Shown one piece after another: positions 46,624 to 55,833 of a stretch of 62,569 nt of DNA (position 1 is the stretch's first letter; each line of letters begins with the position of its first letter). The stretch covers positions 1-62,569 of the forward strand of contig CABYOM010000003.1 in assembly GCA_902520595.1 (NCBI GenBank). The letters are read 5' to 3'. The translations under genes were made by a program, and so were the position numbers. The notes beneath the pieces were generated by a model. It had not been told where the DNA came from. It did no database searches and saw nothing but the letters and a program-made list of their open reading frames with translations. The stretch is from an uncultured Candidatus Poseidoniales archaeon (lineage in GTDB: Archaea > Thermoplasmatota > Poseidoniia > Poseidoniales > Poseidoniaceae).

Positions 46624-47706
46624 GTGATGTCCATGTATAACAATCTGCTCAAATGTTTGCTCGTCGTATTCTGCTTTTCATCTGCCGGTTTTGCTGGGTG
46701 CCTCTCAAATCCAGTTTCGTTTGAAAAGTGTGAAGATGACTCCAACTGTATAACCATCGCTTTTGAAGCGAAAGAAGAATACCGTAACAGTGATGAGAAC
46801 CCACAAAAGTTAGCAGACCATCTCTCAGAACTCCTCGGGATGGATGTTGAAATCTATCCAGTCAGCAGCCCTGCTGCCACCATCGAAGCGCTTCGTTTTG
46901 GTCATGCTGATATCGGCTTCTTGGACGGCGGTGCAGCTTGGCTAAGTTGGCAACTCTATGGGCTTGAAGTCCTTGGTGCAGAGCAAAAAGCAGACGGTCG
47001 ACCTTTCTACAACGCTATCGCTTGGGTCCACGCTGATTCTGATATGGCCATGGCTGACAAAGATGACGACCCTGCAACAGATCCGTTTACCCTCATGGAA
47101 GGAAAAACATCCTGCCACACCTCCGCTTTAGGAAGTTCAGGTATGCTTCTTCCAATGGGTTACCTCATCACCAATGAATACATTGAAGTTGTTGGAGACC
47201 CTGATGAAATCGATTCTTTGGAGAACACTGTGAGAAACCATTTCTCTGAAGACTCGAGTATTCCTGAAAGTGGAACGAAGTATCACCGATACATCGGTTC
47301 TCTGCGATGCCTAGCTGAAGGTGGCATGGACTACATTTCATTCGCTAAAGACCCGACCGTTCCAAGTTACTGTGGTAATGAAGACCCTGATGACAATGAA
47401 GATTGGTGCTTTGAAGGTGAATTCACAAGTGTTGATGATTACTACGCATTGCCGACCTTTGGAAAAGCACCGAGCCACCCAATCATGTATAACCCTGATT
47501 TCCTCGACACGACCAACGTTTCAGCCTTGCAAGACGCTCTAGCGGCAATGTCTGTCTCTGATTCAGGATTGACTGTTCTCGACGATATCTTGAGCACTCC
47601 TGGTATCACGATCGTCAACACCACCGACCACTTGGGTAACTATGGTAATCTGATTGATGGTGTTCCAGGAATAGAAGCATACTTTACTAGTAAATACAAC
47701 CTGTGA
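46624..47706 (+). CDS. PhnD-family (phosphonate/phosphite-type) substrate-binding lipoprotein
   Basis: Lipobox FAGC. ITIAFEA...LADHLSELLGMDVEIYPVSSPAATIEALRFGHADIGFLDGGA matches the PhnD-type SBP pattern. Confidence 0.6.
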   Translation: MMSMYNNLLKCLLVVFCFSSAGFAGCLSNPVSFEKCEDDSNCITIAFEAKEEYRNSDENPQKLADHLSELLGMDVEIYPVSSPAATIEALRFGHADIGFLDGGAAWLSWQLYGLEVLGAEQKADGRPFYNAIAWVHADSDMAMADKDDDPATDPFTLMEGKTSCHTSALGSSGMLLPMGYLITNEYIEVVGDPDEIDSLENTVRNHFSEDSSIPESGTKYHRYIGSLRCLAEGGMDYISFAKDPTVPSYCGNEDPDDNEDWCFEGEFTSVDDYYALPTFGKAPSHPIMYNPDFLDTTNVSALQDALAAMSVSDSGLTVLDDILSTPGITIVNTTDHLGNYGNLIDGVPGIEAYFTSKYNL

Positions 47707-48911
47707 GTGGAAAACTCGTGACCGGTCGAACATTGTTACTGACTGTGCTGTTGCTGACCTGCTCTTTGTCGGGTTGTTTTGGCGAAGAAGAGGAAGATAC
47801 GGGTTTCCAATGGCAGGAAAAAGTGGAAATTCCATGCGATGCAGAGTTGGTTGAAGGTCTGGCTTGCAAGGAATACCTCACAGGATTTGTAACTCCTGTA
47901 GCGAGCATACATCATCCGCAAGAAAACGAAATCTGGATTGCTGACCTGAGCGGTATCATTTCAGCCTGGGACGGTGAAAACCTTCGCACTGTGGCGAATT
48001 TGTCGGAATTTGTCAGTAATTGTCACATTGAACAAGGGCTGCTTAGTTTTGCCTTTGATGAAGATTACAATAAGACGAAAAAAGTGCTTCTTTCTTATGT
48101 TGACATTGGCATAAATTGTGGCTATGAAGCCAATCTCATCTTAGCCGATGTGAGCGTTGAGAATGGGATGCTTAATACCTCTACAATCCGTGAACTGCGA
48201 GCAGTTCCACAGCCTTTTCGAAATCACAATGGTGGCCATCTTATTGGGATTGGTAATCATCAATATCTTTGGGGTCTTGGTGATGGTGGAGGCTCCAACT
48301 CTCCGAACAAAACCGCCCAAAACCTGAGCTCCCCATTTGGAGCAATTCATCTCATGGAATATCAAAATGGACAAGTGAGCCCGGTGCTTGAAAATTCATC
48401 GAGAAACCCCTATATCCTTCACCATGGGTTACGAAACCCTTGGCGATTTGATGTCGACCCTACGGGTGGATTGTGGATTGCCGATGTGGGTCAAACTTGC
48501 TATGAAGAAATAAATTATGTTCCTCTCAACGAATCTCACAATTTAGGATGGTCTATGCGTGAGGGATTCCATGAGTTTGACCCGGACGTTGAATGTGGAA
48601 CTACCCCAGTGAACAGCGATTCAAACTATACCGACCCTGTTGCCGTATATCCTCACGAAGGCGGTAATTGCTCGGTCTCTGGCGGAGAATGGATGGATTG
48701 GGGTGCTCAACCGCTGAGAGATGGATATCTGTATGGAGATTTCTGCACTGGAACCATTTGGATTATCCGTGATCAAGGGGGTGTTTGGAGCAGCGAACTC
48801 ATTGCCCAAACCGGGACGATGATTGTAGGATTCGGGCACAGTCTTGAAGATGATTTACTTATTTTCAGTTGGGCAGGAACGATTTACGTTCTTGAAGAAA
48901 GCGAATCTTAG
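47703..48911 (+). CDS. PQQ-dependent sugar (glucose/sorbosone) dehydrogenase-family beta-propeller lipoprotein
   Basis: Lipobox LSGC, then HNGGHL, GLRNPWRFD and ADVGQTCYEEINY motifs. GTGA overlap with the upstream gene. Confidence 0.65.
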   Translation: MSGKLVTGRTLLLTVLLLTCSLSGCFGEEEEDTGFQWQEKVEIPCDAELVEGLACKEYLTGFVTPVASIHHPQENEIWIADLSGIISAWDGENLRTVANLSEFVSNCHIEQGLLSFAFDEDYNKTKKVLLSYVDIGINCGYEANLILADVSVENGMLNTSTIRELRAVPQPFRNHNGGHLIGIGNHQYLWGLGDGGGSNSPNKTAQNLSSPFGAIHLMEYQNGQVSPVLENSSRNPYILHHGLRNPWRFDVDPTGGLWIADVGQTCYEEINYVPLNESHNLGWSMREGFHEFDPDVECGTTPVNSDSNYTDPVAVYPHEGGNCSVSGGEWMDWGAQPLRDGYLYGDFCTGTIWIIRDQGGVWSSELIAQTGTMIVGFGHSLEDDLLIFSWAGTIYVLEESES

Positions 48912-49160
48912 TTACTGTTTTCTATCCCTAATCGACCAATTTTTCCGAGAGAGTCCTTCTAAGGCGACTCCCGTAAGCAATCCCCATACTTCGGTGTTGA
49001 ATATTTCAAAAAGAAACAGTGCGGTCATGAGTAGAGATGCGAGAATCCAATGGTGCAACCATAGACCCTTTACCCGAATGTGAATCTTGGTCTGCTCAGT
49101 TACGAAGCGTGCGATTACATATCCAACAAGAAGTCCGATTGAATATATTGCAAACTCCAT
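48912..49160 (-). CDS. small two-TM membrane protein (hypothetical)
   Basis: ORF only. Confidence 0.3.
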   Translation of the reverse strand: MEFAIYSIGLLVGYVIARFVTEQTKIHIRVKGLWLHHWILASLLMTALFLFEIFNTEVWGLLTGVALEGLSRKNWSIRDRKQ

Positions 49161-49284
49161 ACCCCTCCGTAGAGTTACAACTATTTTGCTTCACCCCAGT
49201 ACTCAGAACCAATTGACTCCGGTTGAATGATGTGATTTTCAAGGTAATCACCATCCCATCATATTCAAGTGTGGCATACTGTAG

Positions 49285-50775
49285 TTGCAATGCATGGGGC
49301 TCATGCAACAGGCAGATTTCGGCGTGTTCAAGAGGTCAGAAACATGGAAGGCATTTGGAATTGGAGCGCTCATGTTTTTGACGATTTCCTTTGCAGCACT
49401 TTCAATGTTTGACAGCATGGATGATATTTTTGCATCGGATGCAGATCCTGCACCAATTCCGAATATTGTGTTTGAGTCATTGAATCGAACTGATGTCGAG
49501 CAACCCCTTGCTAATTCGACAGGCTGGATTTCTTTGGATGACCACCGGGGCAGTATCATCATTCTCGACCTCATGGCGCATGATTGCAGTAATTGCCATG
49601 CAGTTCAAGAACATCTTGAAAGTGAGATGGAGAATTGGTATTCAATGGCAAATTCATCTGGAAAAACACTCCAAATGTTTGCTTATGGTGCATGGTATGG
49701 AGAAGATATTCCTTACCTCAACCAATCATCAGGTTCCTATCATGTGCCGTATTACGCAACAGGAATCGGCTCAACTTCAGCAGCAATACTTGAAGACGGT
49801 TCAACTACCGACCCAGTCCGGTTGTTCACCACAGGCGGAACAGGTCAAATACCAGTCGTCCTTATCATAGATGAAGAAGGTTACATCATCGAGAAACAAT
49901 CAACCGGCACGCCTACCGACGGCTGGTCAAGTTTCGATGGGAAAATGGAAGACATCCTTTCAGCAAATCCGTCTGCCAAGGTCTCTTCAGACTTAATTTC
50001 CTCACGACTGGCATGGGAAGAACCCGGCACTTCATATGCAGCAGTTTTCATCTTGGGTATGGTTTTGTCTATTCTCGTTTATTTCTCACCTTGTGCTTTT
50101 CCTGTTCTACCGGGCTTCATATCATACTATCTTTCACTGGGTGCACGGGAAGATGAACTTATTGAAGCGGGTAAATTGTCCACAAAAATGCCAAATTCAT
50201 GGGTGATCGGTCTGCTCTCCGGATTTGGAATGTGGACCTTTTTCGCTCTCATCGGGGTTGTAGCAATACTCATGGGCGAGGCATTTACTCAATCCGGAGC
50301 TGTTCATTATATTGCGATTTTTATTGCCCTATTGTTGGTAGTTTTGGGTTCTATGATGTTGCTTGGAATCACTTCGCACCTGATGGGCTTTGTCGATAAA
50401 TTTGTAATGAAATACAGCACAACTGAAGCCGATGAAACGTTCACACCCCGCCGCAATATGTATCTGTATGGAATCGGCTATGCTGCAGCATCCATTGATT
50501 GCACAGCCGCAGCAGTACTTCCCTTTGTAATCTATTTGAGCACTCTAGGAAAAACGGCAACAGGGGTGGGAATCGGAGGATTGATGATTGGCTTGTTATT
50601 CCTCATGGTATTCGTAACTGTGATGGTCGGATTAGGCCGTCAAGTGATGATTAATTTCTTGAAGCGAGCGACTGGAATGATCAAACTTGTTGGTTCGTGG
50701 ATGATGATTATGGCAGGTATAAGTTTGACTATCTATCTCACACGTCCAGATCTTGTAGGACAAATATTTGGTTAA
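49285..50775 (+). CDS. fusion of a thioredoxin-like (TlpA/ResA-type, CxxC) ectodomain with a CcdA/DsbD-type membrane electron-transfer domain
   Basis: N-terminal TM, then LDLMAHDCSNCH. The CcdA signature is FSPCAFPVLPGFISYYL with a second Cys at ASIDCTAAAVLPF. The start is uncertain (TTG 49285, ATG 49294 or ATG 49303). Confidence 0.7.
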   Translation: MQCMGLMQQADFGVFKRSETWKAFGIGALMFLTISFAALSMFDSMDDIFASDADPAPIPNIVFESLNRTDVEQPLANSTGWISLDDHRGSIIILDLMAHDCSNCHAVQEHLESEMENWYSMANSSGKTLQMFAYGAWYGEDIPYLNQSSGSYHVPYYATGIGSTSAAILEDGSTTDPVRLFTTGGTGQIPVVLIIDEEGYIIEKQSTGTPTDGWSSFDGKMEDILSANPSAKVSSDLISSRLAWEEPGTSYAAVFILGMVLSILVYFSPCAFPVLPGFISYYLSLGAREDELIEAGKLSTKMPNSWVIGLLSGFGMWTFFALIGVVAILMGEAFTQSGAVHYIAIFIALLLVVLGSMMLLGITSHLMGFVDKFVMKYSTTEADETFTPRRNMYLYGIGYAAASIDCTAAAVLPFVIYLSTLGKTATGVGIGGLMIGLLFLMVFVTVMVGLGRQVMINFLKRATGMIKLVGSWMMIMAGISLTIYLTRPDLVGQIFG

Positions 50776-51530
50776 TCTTCAGCCATCACTGCGTCGAATT
50801 TGTCTTGGAACTCTTTGGTTTCCAACCGATCAAGACAGGGTTTCATCCAATATTTCCATGTGATTCCCGTGAAAAGAAGCCCAGTAATTGCATCCCAAAC
50901 ATAGTGTTGTTTGAGGGTTAATGTAGAGATGACCAAGAGCGCCCAACAAATCAACAGCGAGGTCTGTAAAATCAAAACTTTACGTGTGGATGATGGATAC
51001 CAATAACGTAGAATCAAAACGACTTGACTGCTTTGAACAACATGCAGTGAAGGCCAGGCATTCCAGGGTTTGTCAACACCGTGAACTAATCCAATCCAAG
51101 GCTCCCATACAGTACCGTCAACCCCTGTTACGAGATGGCGAAGATCGATTTCCACTGGGAAGATTACAAAGACCAAAAAGCACATCCAACACGACAACAG
51201 CATCATTTGGTGGAAGACGATATTTTGACGCCACATGACATCGCTCTTATTTCCCAGCCATGCACCTGCAGGATAGTACAGATACAATGATAGGTAGGGC
51301 ACAACCATCCATGCAACGAACGGAATACTAAGGTCAATCTGAGTCTCAGGGCTAAATGCAGTTCGTTGCATGAACTCAGCTAAACGATTGACGATGAGAT
51401 AGGGTATTGCAGCGATAAATGTGATTAATCCAACGATGACAATACTGATTCTCCTGTTCGACCAGTCAGTACGATTCTTCCAGTGTGAGCGCCACATACG
51501 CCATGGTTTGGAACACCAAGTTACGAACAT
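50772..51530 (-). CDS. PAP2-superfamily membrane enzyme (PAP2_C / IPC-synthase-like), short paralog
   Basis: Motifs NAWPSLHVVQS and KQHYVWDAITG. Six TM helices. Confidence 0.55.
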   Translation of the reverse strand: MFVTWCSKPWRMWRSHWKNRTDWSNRRISIVIVGLITFIAAIPYLIVNRLAEFMQRTAFSPETQIDLSIPFVAWMVVPYLSLYLYYPAGAWLGNKSDVMWRQNIVFHQMMLLSCWMCFLVFVIFPVEIDLRHLVTGVDGTVWEPWIGLVHGVDKPWNAWPSLHVVQSSQVVLILRYWYPSSTRKVLILQTSLLICWALLVISTLTLKQHYVWDAITGLLFTGITWKYWMKPCLDRLETKEFQDKFDAVMAED

Positions 51531-51650
51531 GTTCTAGTCGAATCTCTAAGCAGGTGTAATACTTGTGCAGGACAATCATAAATTGTTGCAGTTTGAAAAG
51601 AATCCTCAGAGCCCCGTGGAGATACAAACGTACTCAAGAGTTATCAGGGC

Positions 51651-52790
51651 TTATTGCGAATCGGATGAATCTTCAGATTCACTGCCGTCAATCGCTTTCT
51701 GAGCTGTCTGCTGACGCAAGAATTCTTGCATAACTTCTGGTGTTAAAGCACCGTGCTCTGCCGCCATTTCCATCATTTTCATCTGAATGTCGTTTTGCTT
51801 ATCCATTCTCTGATCTTGGTGATTTTGAGTTTGTTCAATTCGGTCTCGCTTTCGTGCTTGAACCTGTTCAAAGAGTCGCATTGCCTCATCGGTTTTATGT
51901 GATGATTCCTGCATCCTCAAGTCTGCTTGGCCTTGGTCTCGCTTGAGTTCAGCATCCCAAACTGCTTCTTGCTTTCGCAACTCTAGAAGTTCACTTTCTG
52001 CTTGGATTGTCACTTCACCGCGCTTTTTAGCACGTTCAACATTGACTTCACATTCGATTCTGCGAAGGGTTGCAGCTTCACGAATAGCAATACGCTCGGT
52101 GAGTGCTTCAGCATTAGCGCCTTCGGTTTTCGTTGCAAAATCTAAATCTGCTTTGAGGCGAGCAAGCTTCTCTTGGTCGGTTTTACTTGTTGAAATAAAC
52201 GCACGCAAAAAGGTAAATCCAAGAGTCGATAGCGATTGACGCATTTCGACTTCAGCATGCATTTCGAGGTGTTCTTGGAATTCCGAACTTCGCAATTCTT
52301 CGATGCTCGAGCATTTGGCCATTGCTGGAACAATACATCGAGTTGTTAGTTCATGTCCCAAGAAACCGATTAATCCATCACGGTCAAGAAGTGGTGCATG
52401 GTTCGCAAAGATGTTGAGCAGTTTAGGGATATCCTCTTTGCGCAATTGAATGCGCAAATTCATGTGTCCTGAGGCTTCTGACCCATCCTGAAGAGGAGTG
52501 GCAAAAGGAATCCACAGATCAATTGGACCCGTCATAGCAAACAACATACGACGGTCAGTAGCAGTTGCACCAGCCATGTCTGCAATATGTCTTCCAAGAC
52601 CTCCGCCGATGTTTCGAACAACTTTTTCTGATACGATATCACCGATTCTTCCATCGACGATAAAAGCACATGCTTCATTTGGTTTCAAGACAACTTGACG
52701 TGCTTTCCACGTTTGAATATCATTTCCATCTACTAATCGTGCTACAATATTAGGATTACTTCGCCACTTAAAATTCGCTGCCATATTCAT
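51651..52790 (-). CDS. SPFH/band-7-like (YdjI/COG4260-like) protein with a long coiled-coil C-terminus
   Basis: The N-terminal pattern ...VVLKPNEACAFIVDGRIGDIV... is typical of this SPFH subgroup. The C-terminal 150 aa are E/K/R/Q-rich heptad-like sequence. Confidence 0.5.
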   Translation of the reverse strand: MNMAANFKWRSNPNIVARLVDGNDIQTWKARQVVLKPNEACAFIVDGRIGDIVSEKVVRNIGGGLGRHIADMAGATATDRRMLFAMTGPIDLWIPFATPLQDGSEASGHMNLRIQLRKEDIPKLLNIFANHAPLLDRDGLIGFLGHELTTRCIVPAMAKCSSIEELRSSEFQEHLEMHAEVEMRQSLSTLGFTFLRAFISTSKTDQEKLARLKADLDFATKTEGANAEALTERIAIREAATLRRIECEVNVERAKKRGEVTIQAESELLELRKQEAVWDAELKRDQGQADLRMQESSHKTDEAMRLFEQVQARKRDRIEQTQNHQDQRMDKQNDIQMKMMEMAAEHGALTPEVMQEFLRQQTAQKAIDGSESEDSSDSQ

Positions 52791-53356
52791 GCCTTCCTTT
52801 TCTGTCTTAAACCGTCAAGAACCGTCGCTCTCGCACTGTAGAATCCTCGAGAACTTGTAACCATCTGATCGCATTGTAGAATCAGTGACTTGATCTCTTC
52901 ATCGGTTTTGTCGGTGGAAAAAGCATGTTCAACACTGTTTGAAATATTCACTGCTTTAGTCATCATATCAATGACATCGTGGTCGTGTTTAATCAGTTTC
53001 TTGAGGACTGAAATTGAGGCGGAGCGTTGCCCTGAAAAGAAAGCGTGAGTCATGCCTGTTGGAGATTTATCAATATCTTCGATTAACATGTCGATTGTGT
53101 TACAACAGGCTTTAGCGGCTTTGGAAACGTCGAGTTTCTTTTCTCGAAATCCGCTGTCATGAACATTTAGGAGGTGATTACGTGCACGAGTTCCACAGCG
53201 CTTGATTTCTTCTCGAATCGCAAGGTCGGCATCACGTCGTTTTCCTTTTGTGTAACCCTCATATCCTGAGAGAACCATTTGGATACCTCGAACGTACGGA
53301 AGCACATCCAGCGGGGTTCCTACCATGTTGACCGTAATGAATTGATACGGGCCCAC
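52787..53356 (-). CDS. hypothetical helical protein, translationally coupled to the SPFH gene
   Basis: ORF whose stop overlaps the SPFH start (ATGA-type, 52787-52790). Confidence 0.3.
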   Translation of the reverse strand: MGPYQFITVNMVGTPLDVLPYVRGIQMVLSGYEGYTKGKRRDADLAIREEIKRCGTRARNHLLNVHDSGFREKKLDVSKAAKACCNTIDMLIEDIDKSPTGMTHAFFSGQRSASISVLKKLIKHDHDVIDMMTKAVNISNSVEHAFSTDKTDEEIKSLILQCDQMVTSSRGFYSARATVLDGLRQKRKA

Positions 53357-53392
53357 TTATTATGCTATCCTTGGGATGGTGGGGAGCCCAAC

Positions 53393-54037
53393 TTACACCT
53401 CGACGCTCACAGGACCTGAAAAATCACTCCAATTCAAAATTCGGTCGGCAAGAATCTCTGCTTCCTCAGGGTCATGGGTTACATGTATTGCAGACATCTT
53501 TTTCGATTTGAGAATTTCACGAGTATCTTGGGCGATTTTACGTCGAGTTGGTATGTCTAATGCAGAAAAAGGCTCATCCAGAAGCATTAACGTCGGTTTA
53601 TTGAGAAGGGCGCGAACAACTGAAACGCGTTGAGCCTCTCCACCAGAAAGCGAGTCAACCTTTCGAGAAGCAAAATTTTTGAGTCCAACAAGTTCCAATT
53701 CACGAGCAATTTTCTTTTTTCGTTCTTCCTTTGTCAGTTTCACATCAAATCCTAAAGCGATATTTGATTCAACGTTGAGGTGGGGGTAAAGAATTGGCTT
53801 CTGGAACACATACCCAATCTTACTTTCTGCCGTGTTCGAAAATTCAACAGTTCCTGTTTCGACAGATTCGAGTCCCGCAATCATCCGCAGGAGCGTCGAC
53901 TTACCGCATCCACTTGGTCCGATGAGCGCAACGATTTCATTGTCACCTACATCCAAATTCAGGTCATAAAAAATCGTCTTGGAATCAAAGGTTTTGGTTA
54001 AGTTTTTCAACTGCAGTATTGTTTTTGATTTCGCCAT
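53393..54037 (-). CDS. thiQ: thiamine-type ABC transporter ATP-binding protein
   Basis: Motifs GPSGCGKSTLL, LSGGEAQR, LMLLDEPFSALD. It is short (214 aa) with no C-terminal regulatory domain, as in ThiQ. Confidence 0.7.
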   Translation of the reverse strand: MAKSKTILQLKNLTKTFDSKTIFYDLNLDVGDNEIVALIGPSGCGKSTLLRMIAGLESVETGTVEFSNTAESKIGYVFQKPILYPHLNVESNIALGFDVKLTKEERKKKIARELELVGLKNFASRKVDSLSGGEAQRVSVVRALLNKPTLMLLDEPFSALDIPTRRKIAQDTREILKSKKMSAIHVTHDPEEAEILADRILNWSDFSGPVSVEV

Positions 54038-55833
54038 TAGAAACCACTCCTGTCGTCATGCGCTCTGAAACGTTCTGCGAGAACAAAGAGCGTGAATGTG
54101 AGCAGCATGAGCATCGTTGCTGCCGCCATTGCAGTCGTGTGAATCAAGGGGTCAAAATTTGGCCGACTCATCAGTTGGTCAACCACAATTGAAAGCGTGT
54201 CCCAGGAACCTGAACGAACAAGAAGCCACGATGCACCAAATTCACCGAGCGAGAATGCGAGGGTCAGCGAACCAGCAACGACGGCAGGTCCACGAAGAAA
54301 CATGAATGTGCCATGATACCATGAACGTGTGGATGAAAGATTTAGCATTCGACATTGTTCAGAAAAAGCGGGGTCAAGTGATTGGTAAGCAGGTAACATT
54401 ATCCTCACGACAAATGGAACTGTAAGCAGGACATGTGGATAAACTGGAAGGAGGAACCACCCAAACATTTCTGGATACCATCGTAGGCCTCCCAAGAGAA
54501 CACCTAGGCCCACCATTAAGGCAGACACGGCCAGTGGAAGCATGCAGAATAAGTCCAGTATTTTAGAAAATTTCGACCACCCAGTTTGTTCAAGTTTGAA
54601 TATTGTTGAGGCCAGTATCCATCCAAGTGGTAATGCGATGAGGAGCGTACATATTGCATAGATGATCGAATTCGACATTGCCTCGCCTACAGCCATCGTT
54701 GACATGTCTCCACTCCACGCATTGCTCCACCCATCGAGTGTCCAATTTCGTTCGACAGAACCTTCTGTAATTTGCCGAACTTGAAACGACGAGATTACGA
54801 CAGAAAGGAATGGAAGGAGTGTGAATGCTACGCCGAGCATGATAATGATTTTTGCAGTAATTGATGGTGGGCCATGGTGGGTTCTTACTCCCGGTTCGCT
54901 CAAGAGAGAAAGGCGCTGTGAATATCTTTTTTGAAGTACAGATGTCATCCATAGTGTCAAGAGCAAAATGAAGAATTGGACAAGTGCAACGGAATAAATC
55001 AATTCACTTGAATCGATTCGATAACCGACAATTCCAGCTGCCGAACCTGACTCTGCCATCAGTGATTCAAGAGTGAAACTTGTTGGAGTCAGCCATTTTA
55101 CGAGAGCAAATGAAGTGAATGAGAACAAGAAACTCAATGCAGCAGCACACAGAACAGCTGGTCCAATAACGGGAATCCACAGATACTTCATTCGGGCAAT
55201 TCTCGATTGACCTTGAGGTAGCACGGAAAGTTGCTCTTCCCATGCAGGATCAAGTGATGATAAAGTCGGTTCCACAAATCGAATCATCAGCGACAGGTTG
55301 AACCATGCATGCGCGATGATTAGTGCAAGAAAATGACCAGGATGATTCCAACCTGAGACCTCGGCAAACCAGCCTACGATGCCAGTCTCGAGTCGAAGGT
55401 CGATACCGATTTTGGTGAGTATTCCGTCTTGGCGTATCAAACTCAAAAAACCCATCGCTGCAACGATTGAAGGGGTGACAAAGGGAACCGCAATCAGGGC
55501 TCTAAGCATACGAATTCTCTTCCACTGATAACGGCTCAAGCACCATGCTACAGGCAAACCTATGATGATGGTAAGTATGGACGAGGCGATTGCCTCTAAC
55601 AGAGTAAATCTCAACGCATCCATTCCACCATAGACGTTTCCAAACTCAGTAAATGCTTGCCAAACAGTCCAACTTGTAACGTATTCCAGCCGGGTTAAGG
55701 CATAGACAAAAGGTAGCGTAGAGCCAAGCGTGAACAGAGCGATTGCAAGAACTCGAACAGTTGTGTCTGAATTGCGCAAGAACAACTCATTTGGTGGTTG
55801 AATCGCAGCAAGAGCCACGGAACTCAGCCTCAT
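54037..55833 (-). CDS. thiP: thiamine/Fe(III)-type ABC transporter permease with a duplicated (two-domain) membrane component
   Basis: About 12 TM helices with two permease repeats. ATGA overlap with the SBP gene at 55830-55833, and a 1-nt overlap with thiQ. Confidence 0.7.
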   Translation of the reverse strand: MRLSSVALAAIQPPNELFLRNSDTTVRVLAIALFTLGSTLPFVYALTRLEYVTSWTVWQAFTEFGNVYGGMDALRFTLLEAIASSILTIIIGLPVAWCLSRYQWKRIRMLRALIAVPFVTPSIVAAMGFLSLIRQDGILTKIGIDLRLETGIVGWFAEVSGWNHPGHFLALIIAHAWFNLSLMIRFVEPTLSSLDPAWEEQLSVLPQGQSRIARMKYLWIPVIGPAVLCAAALSFLFSFTSFALVKWLTPTSFTLESLMAESGSAAGIVGYRIDSSELIYSVALVQFFILLLTLWMTSVLQKRYSQRLSLLSEPGVRTHHGPPSITAKIIIMLGVAFTLLPFLSVVISSFQVRQITEGSVERNWTLDGWSNAWSGDMSTMAVGEAMSNSIIYAICTLLIALPLGWILASTIFKLEQTGWSKFSKILDLFCMLPLAVSALMVGLGVLLGGLRWYPEMFGWFLLPVYPHVLLTVPFVVRIMLPAYQSLDPAFSEQCRMLNLSSTRSWYHGTFMFLRGPAVVAGSLTLAFSLGEFGASWLLVRSGSWDTLSIVVDQLMSRPNFDPLIHTTAMAAATMLMLLTFTLFVLAERFRAHDDRSGF

